Positions 1 through 7,106 of a stretch of DNA of 29,191 nt are shown here, in pieces. Position 1 is the stretch's first letter. Each line of letters starts with the position of its first letter. The stretch covers positions 1 through 29,191 of IMG/VR virus record IMGVR_UViG_3300049924_000147; one strand, written 5' to 3'. This stretch comes from a virus. Taxonomy: Duplodnaviria > Caudoviricetes. The notes under the pieces were generated by a model. The model saw nothing but the letters and a program-made list of their open reading frames with translations. It ran no database searches and was not told where the DNA came from. A program made the translations under genes and the position numbers.

Positions 1-486
1 GCGCTGATCCTCGCCGGCTGCAATTCGAGCCGGGCCAGCGAATGGCCGAAAGAGTTCTACAATCTCGACGAGGCGGTGCACCAGGCGCCGCGCCGGCATG
101 TCCACCGCAAGCCCCAAGTTCGCGCCTGGGTGCGCCCGAGGCCTGAACCAGAACATAACCCCGAACGGCACCGATGCCCTTATCCCAAGATCGAAGTCGT
201 GGGCGAGGAATCTAATTCGGACGAGCAAGCGGTGCTGACGGCACACGCGCAATGGCAAAAAATGGTGCGCTGGCGGTTCGGCGAGCGGGCGATGAGCATC
301 GGCAATTCGACCGACCGGCTGTTGCAGTGCGGCCAAAGCGGACCCGACAAGACCGGGTTTTTCCGCAAGCTCGGGCAAAAGCTGGTCGAGGGCGCGACCG
401 CTGGTGAAAAATCGACATTGCAGGTGCGCTGCGAGTTCGTGGCGCGTCCCTGTAACGCGCCGACGGCATCAGAGGTTAGCGAGTGA
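1..486 (+). CDS. Putative lipoprotein, 5'-truncated by the window edge
   Basis: Frame 1 is open from base 1: ALILAGCNSSRASEWPKEFYNLDEAVH continues into the 76..486 ORF. LAGC is a canonical lipobox. Confidence 0.65.
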   Translation, partial: ALILAGCNSSRASEWPKEFYNLDEAVHQAPRRHVHRKPQVRAWVRPRPEPEHNPERHRCPYPKIEVVGEESNSDEQAVLTAHAQWQKMVRWRFGERAMSIGNSTDRLLQCGQSGPDKTGFFRKLGQKLVEGATAGEKSTLQVRCEFVARPCNAPTASEVSE

Positions 487-519
487 CAAGACCATAGATT
501 CAATTGGGAGGGCGGTACC

Positions 520-792
520 ATGGATCAAACATCGGTGGCTGAAATGAAAAAGCTCGTGCTCGATTATCTGGACAAGGAGGGCTTTCCAATGTCGCGATGC
601 AAGGTCGGGCCAAGGTCGATCGACCTACTGATCGGCGGCGGCATTACCACGATCCCGCTCACGCGCTCGGGCGGCTATCGCGCAACCGGCGCTATGATGC
701 TGCGGCTCAAGCATGCGGTCATGGTTTGGGCAGACACCGACAAGCGGCAAATCGATCTGGAGGATGTGATCCGTGAGCGGGCATCGGCATGA
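520..792 (+). CDS. Hypothetical phage protein (90 aa)
   Basis: GGGAGG RBS upstream of ATG 520; codon usage like neighbouring genes. Confidence 0.75.
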   Translation: MDQTSVAEMKKLVLDYLDKEGFPMSRCKVGPRSIDLLIGGGITTIPLTRSGGYRATGAMMLRLKHAVMVWADTDKRQIDLEDVIRERASA

Positions 793-889
793 CCGATTGG
801 ACCGACGTTCCGGTCGGCCCGCGCCGCGATCTTTGCTAGAACAATACGTGGCGGCGGATAGGTATCATCAAGAGTTTGCTCGGTATTGA
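773..889 (+). CDS. Small hypothetical protein (38 aa, MSGHRHDRLDRRSGRPAPRSLLEQYVAADRYHQEFARY)
   Basis: GGAGGA at 759-764, GTG at 773, TGA at 887-889; fills the gap between neighbours; below the ORF-track cutoff. Confidence 0.45.
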   Translation: MSGHRHDRLDRRSGRPAPRSLLEQYVAADRYHQEFARY

Positions 890-902
890 TGGAGGTATAC
901 GG

Positions 903-1022
903 ATGACCAAGTTTGTAAATCACGGCCGACCGATGACCCGCGAGGAGATGAGCTGGGCAAACCCCTACAGCTTCAGCCGCCGGCTCTATCGGCTGTTTGA
1001 GCGCTGGGGGTGGGTGAGGTGA
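903..1022 (+). CDS. Small hypothetical protein (39 aa, MTKFVNHGRPMTREEMSWANPYSFSRRLYRLFERWGWVR)
   Basis: GGAGGT RBS before ATG 903; stop overlaps the next GTG (GTGA). Confidence 0.65.
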   Translation: MTKFVNHGRPMTREEMSWANPYSFSRRLYRLFERWGWVR

Positions 1023-1153
1023 AGCTCAAGGGCATCAAGGTCAACGGCAAGATGAAGGGCGGCAAGTTCGTAGCCGCTCAGAGTTACACCAGCGTATCTG
1101 ATCGTCTCAAGCGCGGGACCAAGCGCCGCATCGTCAGAGGGAAGCGCATCTGA
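1019..1153 (+). CDS. Small, very basic protein (44 aa, MKLKGIKVNGKMKGGKFVAAQSYTSVSDRLKRGTKRRIVRGKRI)
   Basis: GTGA overlap upstream and TGATG overlap downstream; strong G/C bias at third codon positions. Confidence 0.7.
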   Translation: MKLKGIKVNGKMKGGKFVAAQSYTSVSDRLKRGTKRRIVRGKRI

Positions 1154-1368
1154 TGGAATACGTGATTCTCTACGTCCTACTTTCCGGCGCCGTGGTGCAG
1201 ACGCCAGCCACGCCGCTTGAATGCGCTGAGCACGCGATCCGGCTGACCGAGGGGCTGCATCCCTCCGACGATGAGGGGGTGCCGATCGTCTACGCTTGGT
1301 GCGGCCAGCGGCGGTTGCTCGAGGCGGCGCTCACGCTGAGGCAGAAGCATATGGCGGGGACGCAATGA
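1153..1368 (+). CDS. Hypothetical protein (71 aa) with hydrophobic N-terminus and two Cys, possibly exported
   Basis: TGATG coupling upstream, ATGA overlap downstream; MEYVILYVLLSGAVV N-terminus. Confidence 0.7.
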   Translation: MEYVILYVLLSGAVVQTPATPLECAEHAIRLTEGLHPSDDEGVPIVYAWCGQRRLLEAALTLRQKHMAGTQ

Positions 1369-1904
1369 GCCAACGAGATTCCGGCTACGAGCGCAAAGAG
1401 CGCGATCTATACGAAACCCCGGAATGGGTGACGGAAGCGCTGCTCGTCTGGCTCGAAGTGAAACTTAACATCTGGGAGCCCGCCGCCGGCAGCGGCAAGA
1501 TGGCAAGGGTGTTAAAGGTGGCTGGACATAACGTGCATTCGACTGACATCGATCGTGGTCAGGATTTCTTCTCCATCTGGCCGGTGCTAATGGGGCACAA
1601 TGCCATCATCACTAACCCGCCGTATGATCTTGCGGCCGAGTTTTGTGGCCGCGCGCTGCGCCTAATGGAACCTGTCAATGGCCTAGTCGCCATGCTGCTG
1701 CGCACAGACTTCGACAACGCCAAGAGCCGCACGCATCTGGTCCGCGATTGCCCGGCGTTCGCGAAAAAGTTGGTGCTGATGAAACGCATCTGCTGGTTCG
1801 TCGAGGCTGACGGCAAACCCAAGGCATCCCCAAGCTTCAACCACGCTTGGTATATCTGGGACTGGAAGCACAGTGGCCCGCCGACGATCGTGTATGGACC
1901 TTGA
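1365..1904 (+). CDS. Phage DNA amino-methyltransferase (probably N6-adenine), orphan
   Basis: SAM-binding motif I IWEPAAGSG, catalytic motif IV ITNPPY, N-terminal DLYETP and C-terminal HAWYIW typical of small phage MTases. Start taken at ATG 1365 (ATGA overlap). Confidence 0.9.
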   Translation: MSQRDSGYERKERDLYETPEWVTEALLVWLEVKLNIWEPAAGSGKMARVLKVAGHNVHSTDIDRGQDFFSIWPVLMGHNAIITNPPYDLAAEFCGRALRLMEPVNGLVAMLLRTDFDNAKSRTHLVRDCPAFAKKLVLMKRICWFVEADGKPKASPSFNHAWYIWDWKHSGPPTIVYGP

Positions 1905-1949
1905 GTTTAATCCGTGTGCCTGCGTATCTCATAGACAGGACACCCACCC

Positions 1950-2444
1950 ATGACCAACTGGTACGTGCTGCGGGTTAAGCCGCAAAAGGAATTCCGCGCC
2001 ATTGGCGAGCTGCGCCGCAGCAAGCATGAGGCATTCGTGCCGTCGGAGAAGAAATACCGCCGTTGCGGTCGCAACCGCCAGCGCGTGCCGTTCCGATACC
2101 CCTTGACGCCCGGCTATGTCATGGTCGGCATTGAGGGCAGCCCGCAGTGGTCGGAAATCAAGGGGATCGACGAGGTGATCGCGCCGCTCGATGTCGACGG
2201 CCAACCCGCCCGCCTGCATCCCAACGCCGTCGATCAGTTGCACGCCATGGGCGAACAGTCGACGACGATCGAGATCCACAAGGCGCTGAAGGTCGGCGAG
2301 CGCGTCGAAGTTGGGCACGGCCCGTTCAAGGGGCACAGCGCGCCGCTGCTCAGCATTCGCAACGGTCGGGCGCAAATCCGTTTGCCGCTGTTGGGCTCAG
2401 AGCAAACAATCACCATCCCCGTCGAATACCTCGACCCTGGTTAA
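1950..2444 (+). CDS. NusG/RfaH-family transcription elongation/antitermination factor (NGN + KOW), phage paralog
   Basis: NWYVLRVKPQKE N-terminus and PLTPGYVMV core of the NGN domain; KOW motif LKVGERVEVGHGPFKG; C-terminal LLGSEQTITIPVEYL. Confidence 0.93.
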   Translation: MTNWYVLRVKPQKEFRAIGELRRSKHEAFVPSEKKYRRCGRNRQRVPFRYPLTPGYVMVGIEGSPQWSEIKGIDEVIAPLDVDGQPARLHPNAVDQLHAMGEQSTTIEIHKALKVGERVEVGHGPFKGHSAPLLSIRNGRAQIRLPLLGSEQTITIPVEYLDPG

Positions 2445-2471
2445 AAATCGGGGACTGTGTCAAAAATGTGC

Positions 2472-2729
2472 TGGTCATTGGTGAATCGCAATGATACCAA
2501 CGGACTAGCTACGAATCACGGGGCGTTGTCTCGCTGGCGGCCACCACGGCATAGCCACCGACGCCGGCTTAGGGCCTCATGCAGGCCCGCCAAGCCGGAA
2601 ATGCGCCCCGATCCCAACACCAGCAAGCAGGCATTGACCTCAGTCGGCACGCCCAAGGCGCCCGCCAGACACCCGCGCATGTCGGCCGCTTGCTGGTGCC
2701 CTCTTATGCTCAACCCCGCATGAATGCGG
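2472..2729 (+). ncRNA. Candidate structured leader RNA, several nested stems
   Basis: Pairings: CGGGGCG 2519-2525/CGCCCCG 2604-2610 enclosing CCGGCTT 2564-2570/AAGCCGG 2592-2598 and GGGCCT 2572-2577/AGGCCC 2583-2588; perfect 11-bp CACCAGCAAGC 2618-2628/GCTTGCTGGTG 2688-2698; CCGCA-TGAA-TGCGG 2716-2729. Confidence 0.5.
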
Positions 2730-2749
2730 CCTGAACCAAGGAACACCCC

Positions 2750-3319
2750 ATGCTCAACAAGCTCAAGGTGCTGCTCGCCGTGGCTTTCGCCGCACTCGCC
2801 AGCCTGCCGGCCATTGCCGCTGATCTCGGCAAACCGGCTCCGGTTGCCGCCGTTGCCCCCGCCCCCATCCCGGACCAATGGCACGGGGCCTACCTGGAAG
2901 GGGGTGCGGCTGGTCAATTCGTGACCGGCGGCGATAAGCGGCTGATCGGCCTCGGCGGTATCGGCTACAACTATCACGCGCTGGGCAATCCCTTCGTCGG
3001 CGGCATTTTCGCCCGCTATGGATTTTCGATGGAAGGCAACAGCGATGCAGCCGTGCTGACCTTTGATCAGCCGCTTACGATCGCCGGCCGCGTCGGCTAC
3101 CTCGTGCAGCCCTCCACCCTGCTCTACGGCCTCGCCGGTTATTCGATGTCGCTGCGTGGCGACGATTTCCGTGGTCCCGTCCTGGGCGTCGGTGCCGAGG
3201 CTCCGGTGCTTGGCTCGCTGCGGCTGGCAGTCGAGTACACCGCGCAATTCGACCGCGATTTCAAGGCCGACAAGGATGTGGTGCACGCCATCGGCGTGTT
3301 TGCCCGCCTGCCGTTCTAA
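2750..3319 (+). CDS. Outer-membrane beta-barrel protein, Omp25/Omp31/RopB-like (8-stranded)
   Basis: Sec signal peptide ending AIA-ADL; Pro/Ala linker KPAPVAAVAPAP; WHGAYLEGG, IGYNY and RVGYLVQPSTLLYGLAGY strands; terminal Phe (BAM signal); AAGGAA RBS. Confidence 0.9.
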   Translation: MLNKLKVLLAVAFAALASLPAIAADLGKPAPVAAVAPAPIPDQWHGAYLEGGAAGQFVTGGDKRLIGLGGIGYNYHALGNPFVGGIFARYGFSMEGNSDAAVLTFDQPLTIAGRVGYLVQPSTLLYGLAGYSMSLRGDDFRGPVLGVGAEAPVLGSLRLAVEYTAQFDRDFKADKDVVHAIGVFARLPF

Positions 3320-3324
3320 GTTTC

Positions 3325-3437
3325 GCAGGGCGGCGGCGTGGGAGGGCTCAACCCCGTTTTACCACCAGACCGGCGCGAATTGGATAGTGTCGGTTCCGTT
3401 GCTTTACTCAGCGGCACAGTGACTAGCGCCCTGCACC
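3325..3437 (+). ncRNA. Candidate cloverleaf-like structured RNA (not a canonical tRNA)
   Basis: Closing stem GCAGGGCG 3325-3332/CGCCCTGC 3427-3434 followed by ACC; internal arms GGG-CTCAA-CCC, ACCGGCGC 3369-3376/GTGTCGGT 3387-3394, GTTGCT 3398-3403/AGCGGC 3410-3415. Confidence 0.45.
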
Positions 3438-3482
3438 CTAAACTGTACCTGCGTCCCCGATACCCCCACGGGAGACACCCGA

Positions 3483-4523
3483 ATGACCATCCCCGCTGCT
3501 GACTTCAACACGATCAAGAAAATCTTTCTCGGCATCGGCTGCATTGCGCTGCTGGTGTCGTGCGTCATGACCTGGAAATTCGGCAACTCGTTCTCGTTTA
3601 TCCATGGCGTCGGCCTAGTCACCGTGACGCTCGCCGCTGCGTTCCTGTTCCCCGCCAAGCGGATGATCACGGAGATGGGCGTCGGCCGCTTCGGCCAGGG
3701 CGCGCTTGCGGTCGTCGGCTGCTTCCTGATCGCCTTGGAGCTGTTCGCAGATCTCGGCTACACCATAGGCATGCGCGATAAGCAAATCGTCGAGAGCGGT
3801 GCCCAGACGGTCGCTTACAATACCGTCCAGGAGAACATGATCTCGGAGAAAGCCAACCTCGACATGTGGCGCAAGCAACTCGCGGATCTCAAGAGCCAGA
3901 ACGCATGGGCTGCGACGGTCACAGCTACCGGCCTGCGTGCCCAGCTCGAAAGCGCCCAGAAAGCGATCGACCTCGAAGCCGCGCGCAAGGGCTGCAAGAC
4001 CAAGTGCCTCGAATTGATGAAGCAGAAAGGCAGCCTCGAAGAGCGCATTGCCACGCTTGAGCGCACCGATGATCTCGCCAAGAGGATTGAGGCAACCCAA
4101 CGCATTCTTGATCGCAAGGTCGAGGCTGCCCCGGCCACGAAGATCGGTCACAGCACCGTCAAGGCGCAGGTCGACTTCGTGTCCAAGGGCTACCTGCTCG
4201 CCTTCGGCGACGGCGACGCCAAGTCGGCCCTCAACCCCGATGCAGTGACCATGACCGTTGCTGATTGGGTGATCGGGTTCGCGATCGCATTGGGCGCGAC
4301 GTTCCTGCCCACCACTGCGTTTTACATCGCGTTCTTCGGCGCCGCGCCGGCCCAGGCCGCTCGCCCCGCCGCCCGCACCACGCCGGCCACCGCCAGCGTC
4401 CCCACCATCCAGCCTATTGCCCAGCCCACCCGTTCAACCCATGAGACCATCATCATGAAAGACGTTGATGATCGATGGGAGCGGGTCAAAGCCGCACTCC
4501 ATGGGAGCCCTGTCGCCGCATGA
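3483..4523 (+). CDS. Inner-membrane protein with three N-terminal TM helices, a long coiled coil containing CKTKC, and one C-terminal TM helix
   Basis: Hydrophobic segments IFLGIGCIALLVSCVM, GVGLVTVTLAAAFLF, ALAVVGCFLIALELF and WVIGFAIALGATFLPTTAFYIAFFG; heptad-rich middle; GGAGA RBS. Confidence 0.85.
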   Translation: MTIPAADFNTIKKIFLGIGCIALLVSCVMTWKFGNSFSFIHGVGLVTVTLAAAFLFPAKRMITEMGVGRFGQGALAVVGCFLIALELFADLGYTIGMRDKQIVESGAQTVAYNTVQENMISEKANLDMWRKQLADLKSQNAWAATVTATGLRAQLESAQKAIDLEAARKGCKTKCLELMKQKGSLEERIATLERTDDLAKRIEATQRILDRKVEAAPATKIGHSTVKAQVDFVSKGYLLAFGDGDAKSALNPDAVTMTVADWVIGFAIALGATFLPTTAFYIAFFGAAPAQAARPAARTTPATASVPTIQPIAQPTRSTHETIIMKDVDDRWERVKAALHGSPVAA

Positions 4524-4729
4524 AAGGCTATTCCGAGCTGAAAAGCACCATTGGCCAGATCATCGGCGAAATCACGTCGTGGTTGTGGATGATCGTCAGC
4601 CTCGCGATTGCGGCGATCTTCTTCGCGTCAGCGGTCAAGGCCGCAGGTTATCCCGTCCGCTTCGTGCCGACGCTGGAGCCGACCGCGCTCGCCTACCTGT
4701 GCGGCGCCTATTGGCTGGCCCGCAAGTGA
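4520..4729 (+). CDS. Small membrane protein, about two TM segments (69 aa)
   Basis: ATGA overlap at 4520; WLWMIVSLAIAAIFFASAV and ALAYLCGAYWLA hydrophobic stretches; basic C-terminus. Confidence 0.75.
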   Translation: MKGYSELKSTIGQIIGEITSWLWMIVSLAIAAIFFASAVKAAGYPVRFVPTLEPTALAYLCGAYWLARK

Positions 4730-4806
4730 TCTCGGCTCCGGTAGTGATCGCGGCACTCATTGAGCTTGCCGCCATTGCCGCGCTCGTGGCGTATGTGGAC
4801 CGCTGA
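4726..4806 (+). CDS. Single-TM micropeptide (26 aa, MISAPVVIAALIELAAIAALVAYVDR)
   Basis: GTGA overlap upstream and TGATG overlap downstream; fills the gap exactly; almost entirely hydrophobic. Confidence 0.55.
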   Translation: MISAPVVIAALIELAAIAALVAYVDR

Positions 4807-5177
4807 TGCGCTTCTACCTCGGCATCGATCCAGCAGGTAGCTACAACGTCCAGCGCGGCGTGCGCGTCGACGATACCGGCGAGCCCCTGCTCCTGGTCGA
4901 CGAGGGCGAAATCGTTCGGCTGCGCATCAACATGGCCGATTGGCTGGAGACCGGCGAGACGATATCGAGCTCCACCAGCACCAGCACCAACTGCACGGTT
5001 TCACGTGCAACAGCGACGCCCAACGTGGATCTCACCATCAGCCTCGTCACGTCCTACGCCTACGGCACCGCTACGGTACTGATCACCAGCTCCACCGGGG
5101 ACGTGTGGCGTGGCGTCATTCGCATCCGTCGGCGCAACAGGTACACCGACGAGCAGACCTATAGGGATTACCGTTAG
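4806..5177 (+). CDS. Small beta-rich virion protein, possible fibre adaptor
   Basis: INMADWLETGETISSST resembles the DWxxWLxxGxTIxSS pattern of small Ig-like phage structural proteins; Thr-rich beta strands. Confidence 0.6.
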   Translation: MRFYLGIDPAGSYNVQRGVRVDDTGEPLLLVDEGEIVRLRINMADWLETGETISSSTSTSTNCTVSRATATPNVDLTISLVTSYAYGTATVLITSSTGDVWRGVIRIRRRNRYTDEQTYRDYR

Positions 5178-5221
5178 AACGGTTATGCAAACGGTCCCGA
5201 GCCAGTAGAAATGAAATTCCA

Positions 5222-5674
5222 ATGACACCCCAGCAAGAGGCGTTTTGCCGAGCGTACATTGAGACCGGAAGCGCAAGCGAGGCTTATCGGATCGCAGGGT
5301 ACTCGACAAAGCAGAGCGCTAAATCCCTGCACGAGAACGCCAGCAAGCTTCTTGCCAAGGTGATGCCAAGGATTGAGCAGCTACAACTCGCCGGGCGTAA
5401 GCGCCATGACATCACAGTGGACAAGCTGACAGAAATGGCAGCGGCGGCCTACGACCTCGCCATGCAGCCGGCGGTCGCAGCACCTGCCGCCGCGATCTCA
5501 GCCGTGCTCGCCATAGGCAAGTTGCATGGGCTCGTCGTCGACAAGAAAGAAGTAACGCGGAAGCGGGATGCAACAGACCTCTCTGAATCAGAACTTCTCG
5601 CCATCGCCGCAATGGGCGGCGCGGGAGCTGCTGCGCAGGCGCTACGCGAGATCGAGTCTGATCGCGTTCACTAG
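5222..5674 (+). CDS. terS: Terminase small subunit
   Basis: MTPQQEAFCRAYIETGSASEAYRIAGYS...ENASKLL N-terminal HTH signature; GKLHGL; directly upstream of TerL. Confidence 0.93.
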   Translation: MTPQQEAFCRAYIETGSASEAYRIAGYSTKQSAKSLHENASKLLAKVMPRIEQLQLAGRKRHDITVDKLTEMAAAAYDLAMQPAVAAPAAAISAVLAIGKLHGLVVDKKEVTRKRDATDLSESELLAIAAMGGAGAAAQALREIESDRVH

Positions 5675-7106
5675 ATACACGTTCCCCGACTACCGGCCAG
5701 CGCCCCACCATGATCTGATCGCCGAAAAGCTCGAAGCGGTCGCGGCTGGCAAGATCCGCCGGTTGATGATTTTCATGCCGCCTCGGCACGGCAAGTCTGA
5801 GTTGGCGTCGCGGCGTTTTCCGGCTTGGTTCATCGGCCGGAACCCGAAGCGCAACATCATCGCGGCGAGCTACAACTCGGATCTCGCGACCGACTTCGGC
5901 CGTGAGGTGCGCAACGTGGTCAACTCTCGGCAGTATCGCGCCATCTTCGACGCGCAACTTGCCGAGGATTCGACCGCCGCCAATCGCTGGCACACGGCGC
6001 AGGGTGGGATGTACGTCGCGGCCGGCATCGGCACGGCGGTCACCGGGCGTGGCGCGCATATCCTGCTGATCGATGACCCGTTCAAGGATCGCGAGGAGGC
6101 CGACAGCGAGGGCCATCGCGAGAAGGTGTGGCGCTGGTACACGTCGACCGCCTATACGCGGCTCGAAAGCGAGCTGGCCGACGAGGTAGAGACCGATCTG
6201 CTGTGGTCGGATGTGCAGCGTGACGTGGCTGAGGGCAAGGCCGAGCCATTCGAGGGCGCGATCGTGCTCATTCAGACGCGGTGGCACGAGGACGACCTAG
6301 CCGGCCGGCTGATGGCGGCGCAAGCGCAAGGGGGCGACCAGTGGGACGTTCTGGATCTCCCCGCGATCCGCGAGAATGGCGAGGCGTTGTGGCCGGCGAA
6401 ATATCCCGTTGCGCGGCTCAATCAGATCAAGGCCGCGATTGGCGAGCGCGACTGGTCAGCACTCTATCAGCAGCAGCCCAGGCCAGACGAAGGGCTCTAC
6501 TACAAGCGCGAATGGTTTCGCTGGTACGACGAGAAGCCAAAGCACCTACGTATCTATGGGGCAAGCGACTACGCGGTCACGAGTAACGGCGGCGACTACA
6601 CCGTGCACTTGGTTGCTGGCGTCGACCCCGACGACAACATCTATGTGCTCGACATCTGGCGCCGGCAGACAACAACGGATGTGTGGGTCGAGGCGTTCAT
6701 CGATCTCATGGCGCAGCACAAGCCCTTGGTGTGGGCTGAGGAAAGCGGCCAGATCATCAAGTCAGTTGGGCCGCTGATCGAAAAGCGCATGCGTGAACGC
6801 AAGGTCTACGGCCGGCGCGAGCAGTTGACCTCGGTCGCCGATAAGCCGACCCGCTCGCGCGCCATGCAAGGTCGCGCCGCAATGGGCAAGGTCTACCTGC
6901 CGCACAACGCGCCGTGGCTGGCAGATTTCATGAGTGAATTGCTGGCGTTCGATGCCGGCAAGAATGACGACCAGGTGGACGCATTAGGATTGATCGGACG
7001 GATGCTCGACGACATGATTGCAGCGCACGTGCCCAAGACCAACGGCCTGCCGAAAAAGGACGCCTACAAGCGCGCCACCGCGTCGACCGAGAGCTGGCGC
7101 GTCTAA
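5568..7106 (+). CDS. terL: Terminase large subunit
   Basis: Walker A MPPRHGKS, Walker B LLIDDP, coupling motif IQTRWHEDDL, nuclease ASDYA and KNDDQVDA. Exact start uncertain; as drawn it overlaps terS by 107 nt. Confidence 0.97.
   Translation: MQQTSLNQNFSPSPQWAARELLRRRYARSSLIAFTRYTFPDYRPAPHHDLIAEKLEAVAAGKIRRLMIFMPPRHGKSELASRRFPAWFIGRNPKRNIIAASYNSDLATDFGREVRNVVNSRQYRAIFDAQLAEDSTAANRWHTAQGGMYVAAGIGTAVTGRGAHILLIDDPFKDREEADSEGHREKVWRWYTSTAYTRLESELADEVETDLLWSDVQRDVAEGKAEPFEGAIVLIQTRWHEDDLAGRLMAAQAQGGDQWDVLDLPAIRENGEALWPAKYPVARLNQIKAAIGERDWSALYQQQPRPDEGLYYKREWFRWYDEKPKHLRIYGASDYAVTSNGGDYTVHLVAGVDPDDNIYVLDIWRRQTTTDVWVEAFIDLMAQHKPLVWAEESGQIIKSVGPLIEKRMRERKVYGRREQLTSVADKPTRSRAMQGRAAMGKVYLPHNAPWLADFMSELLAFDAGKNDDQVDALGLIGRMLDDMIAAHVPKTNGLPKKDAYKRATASTESWRV

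Noticed and set aside
511-522. GGCGGTACCATG resembles the RfaH ops element
   Set aside because: It lacks the G at position 8 needed for the ops hairpin, coincides with an RBS-start spacer, and lies upstream of the NusG paralog rather than in the late leader. Likely chance.
789-902. ATG 789 ORF interrupted by TAG 837-839 and in frame with the 903 gene (possible pseudogene or readthrough)
   Set aside because: The alternative ORF 773-889 has a good GGAGGA RBS and fills the same space, and 903 has its own RBS.
3325-3437. Canonical tRNA gene
   Set aside because: No T-loop GTTCRA, no proper D-arm or 7-nt anticodon loop, and no encoded CCA. Kept only as a structured-RNA candidate.
6165-6255. Mini-intein in TerL
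   Set aside because: Far too short and lacks the N-terminal Cys/Ser and C-terminal His-Asn.
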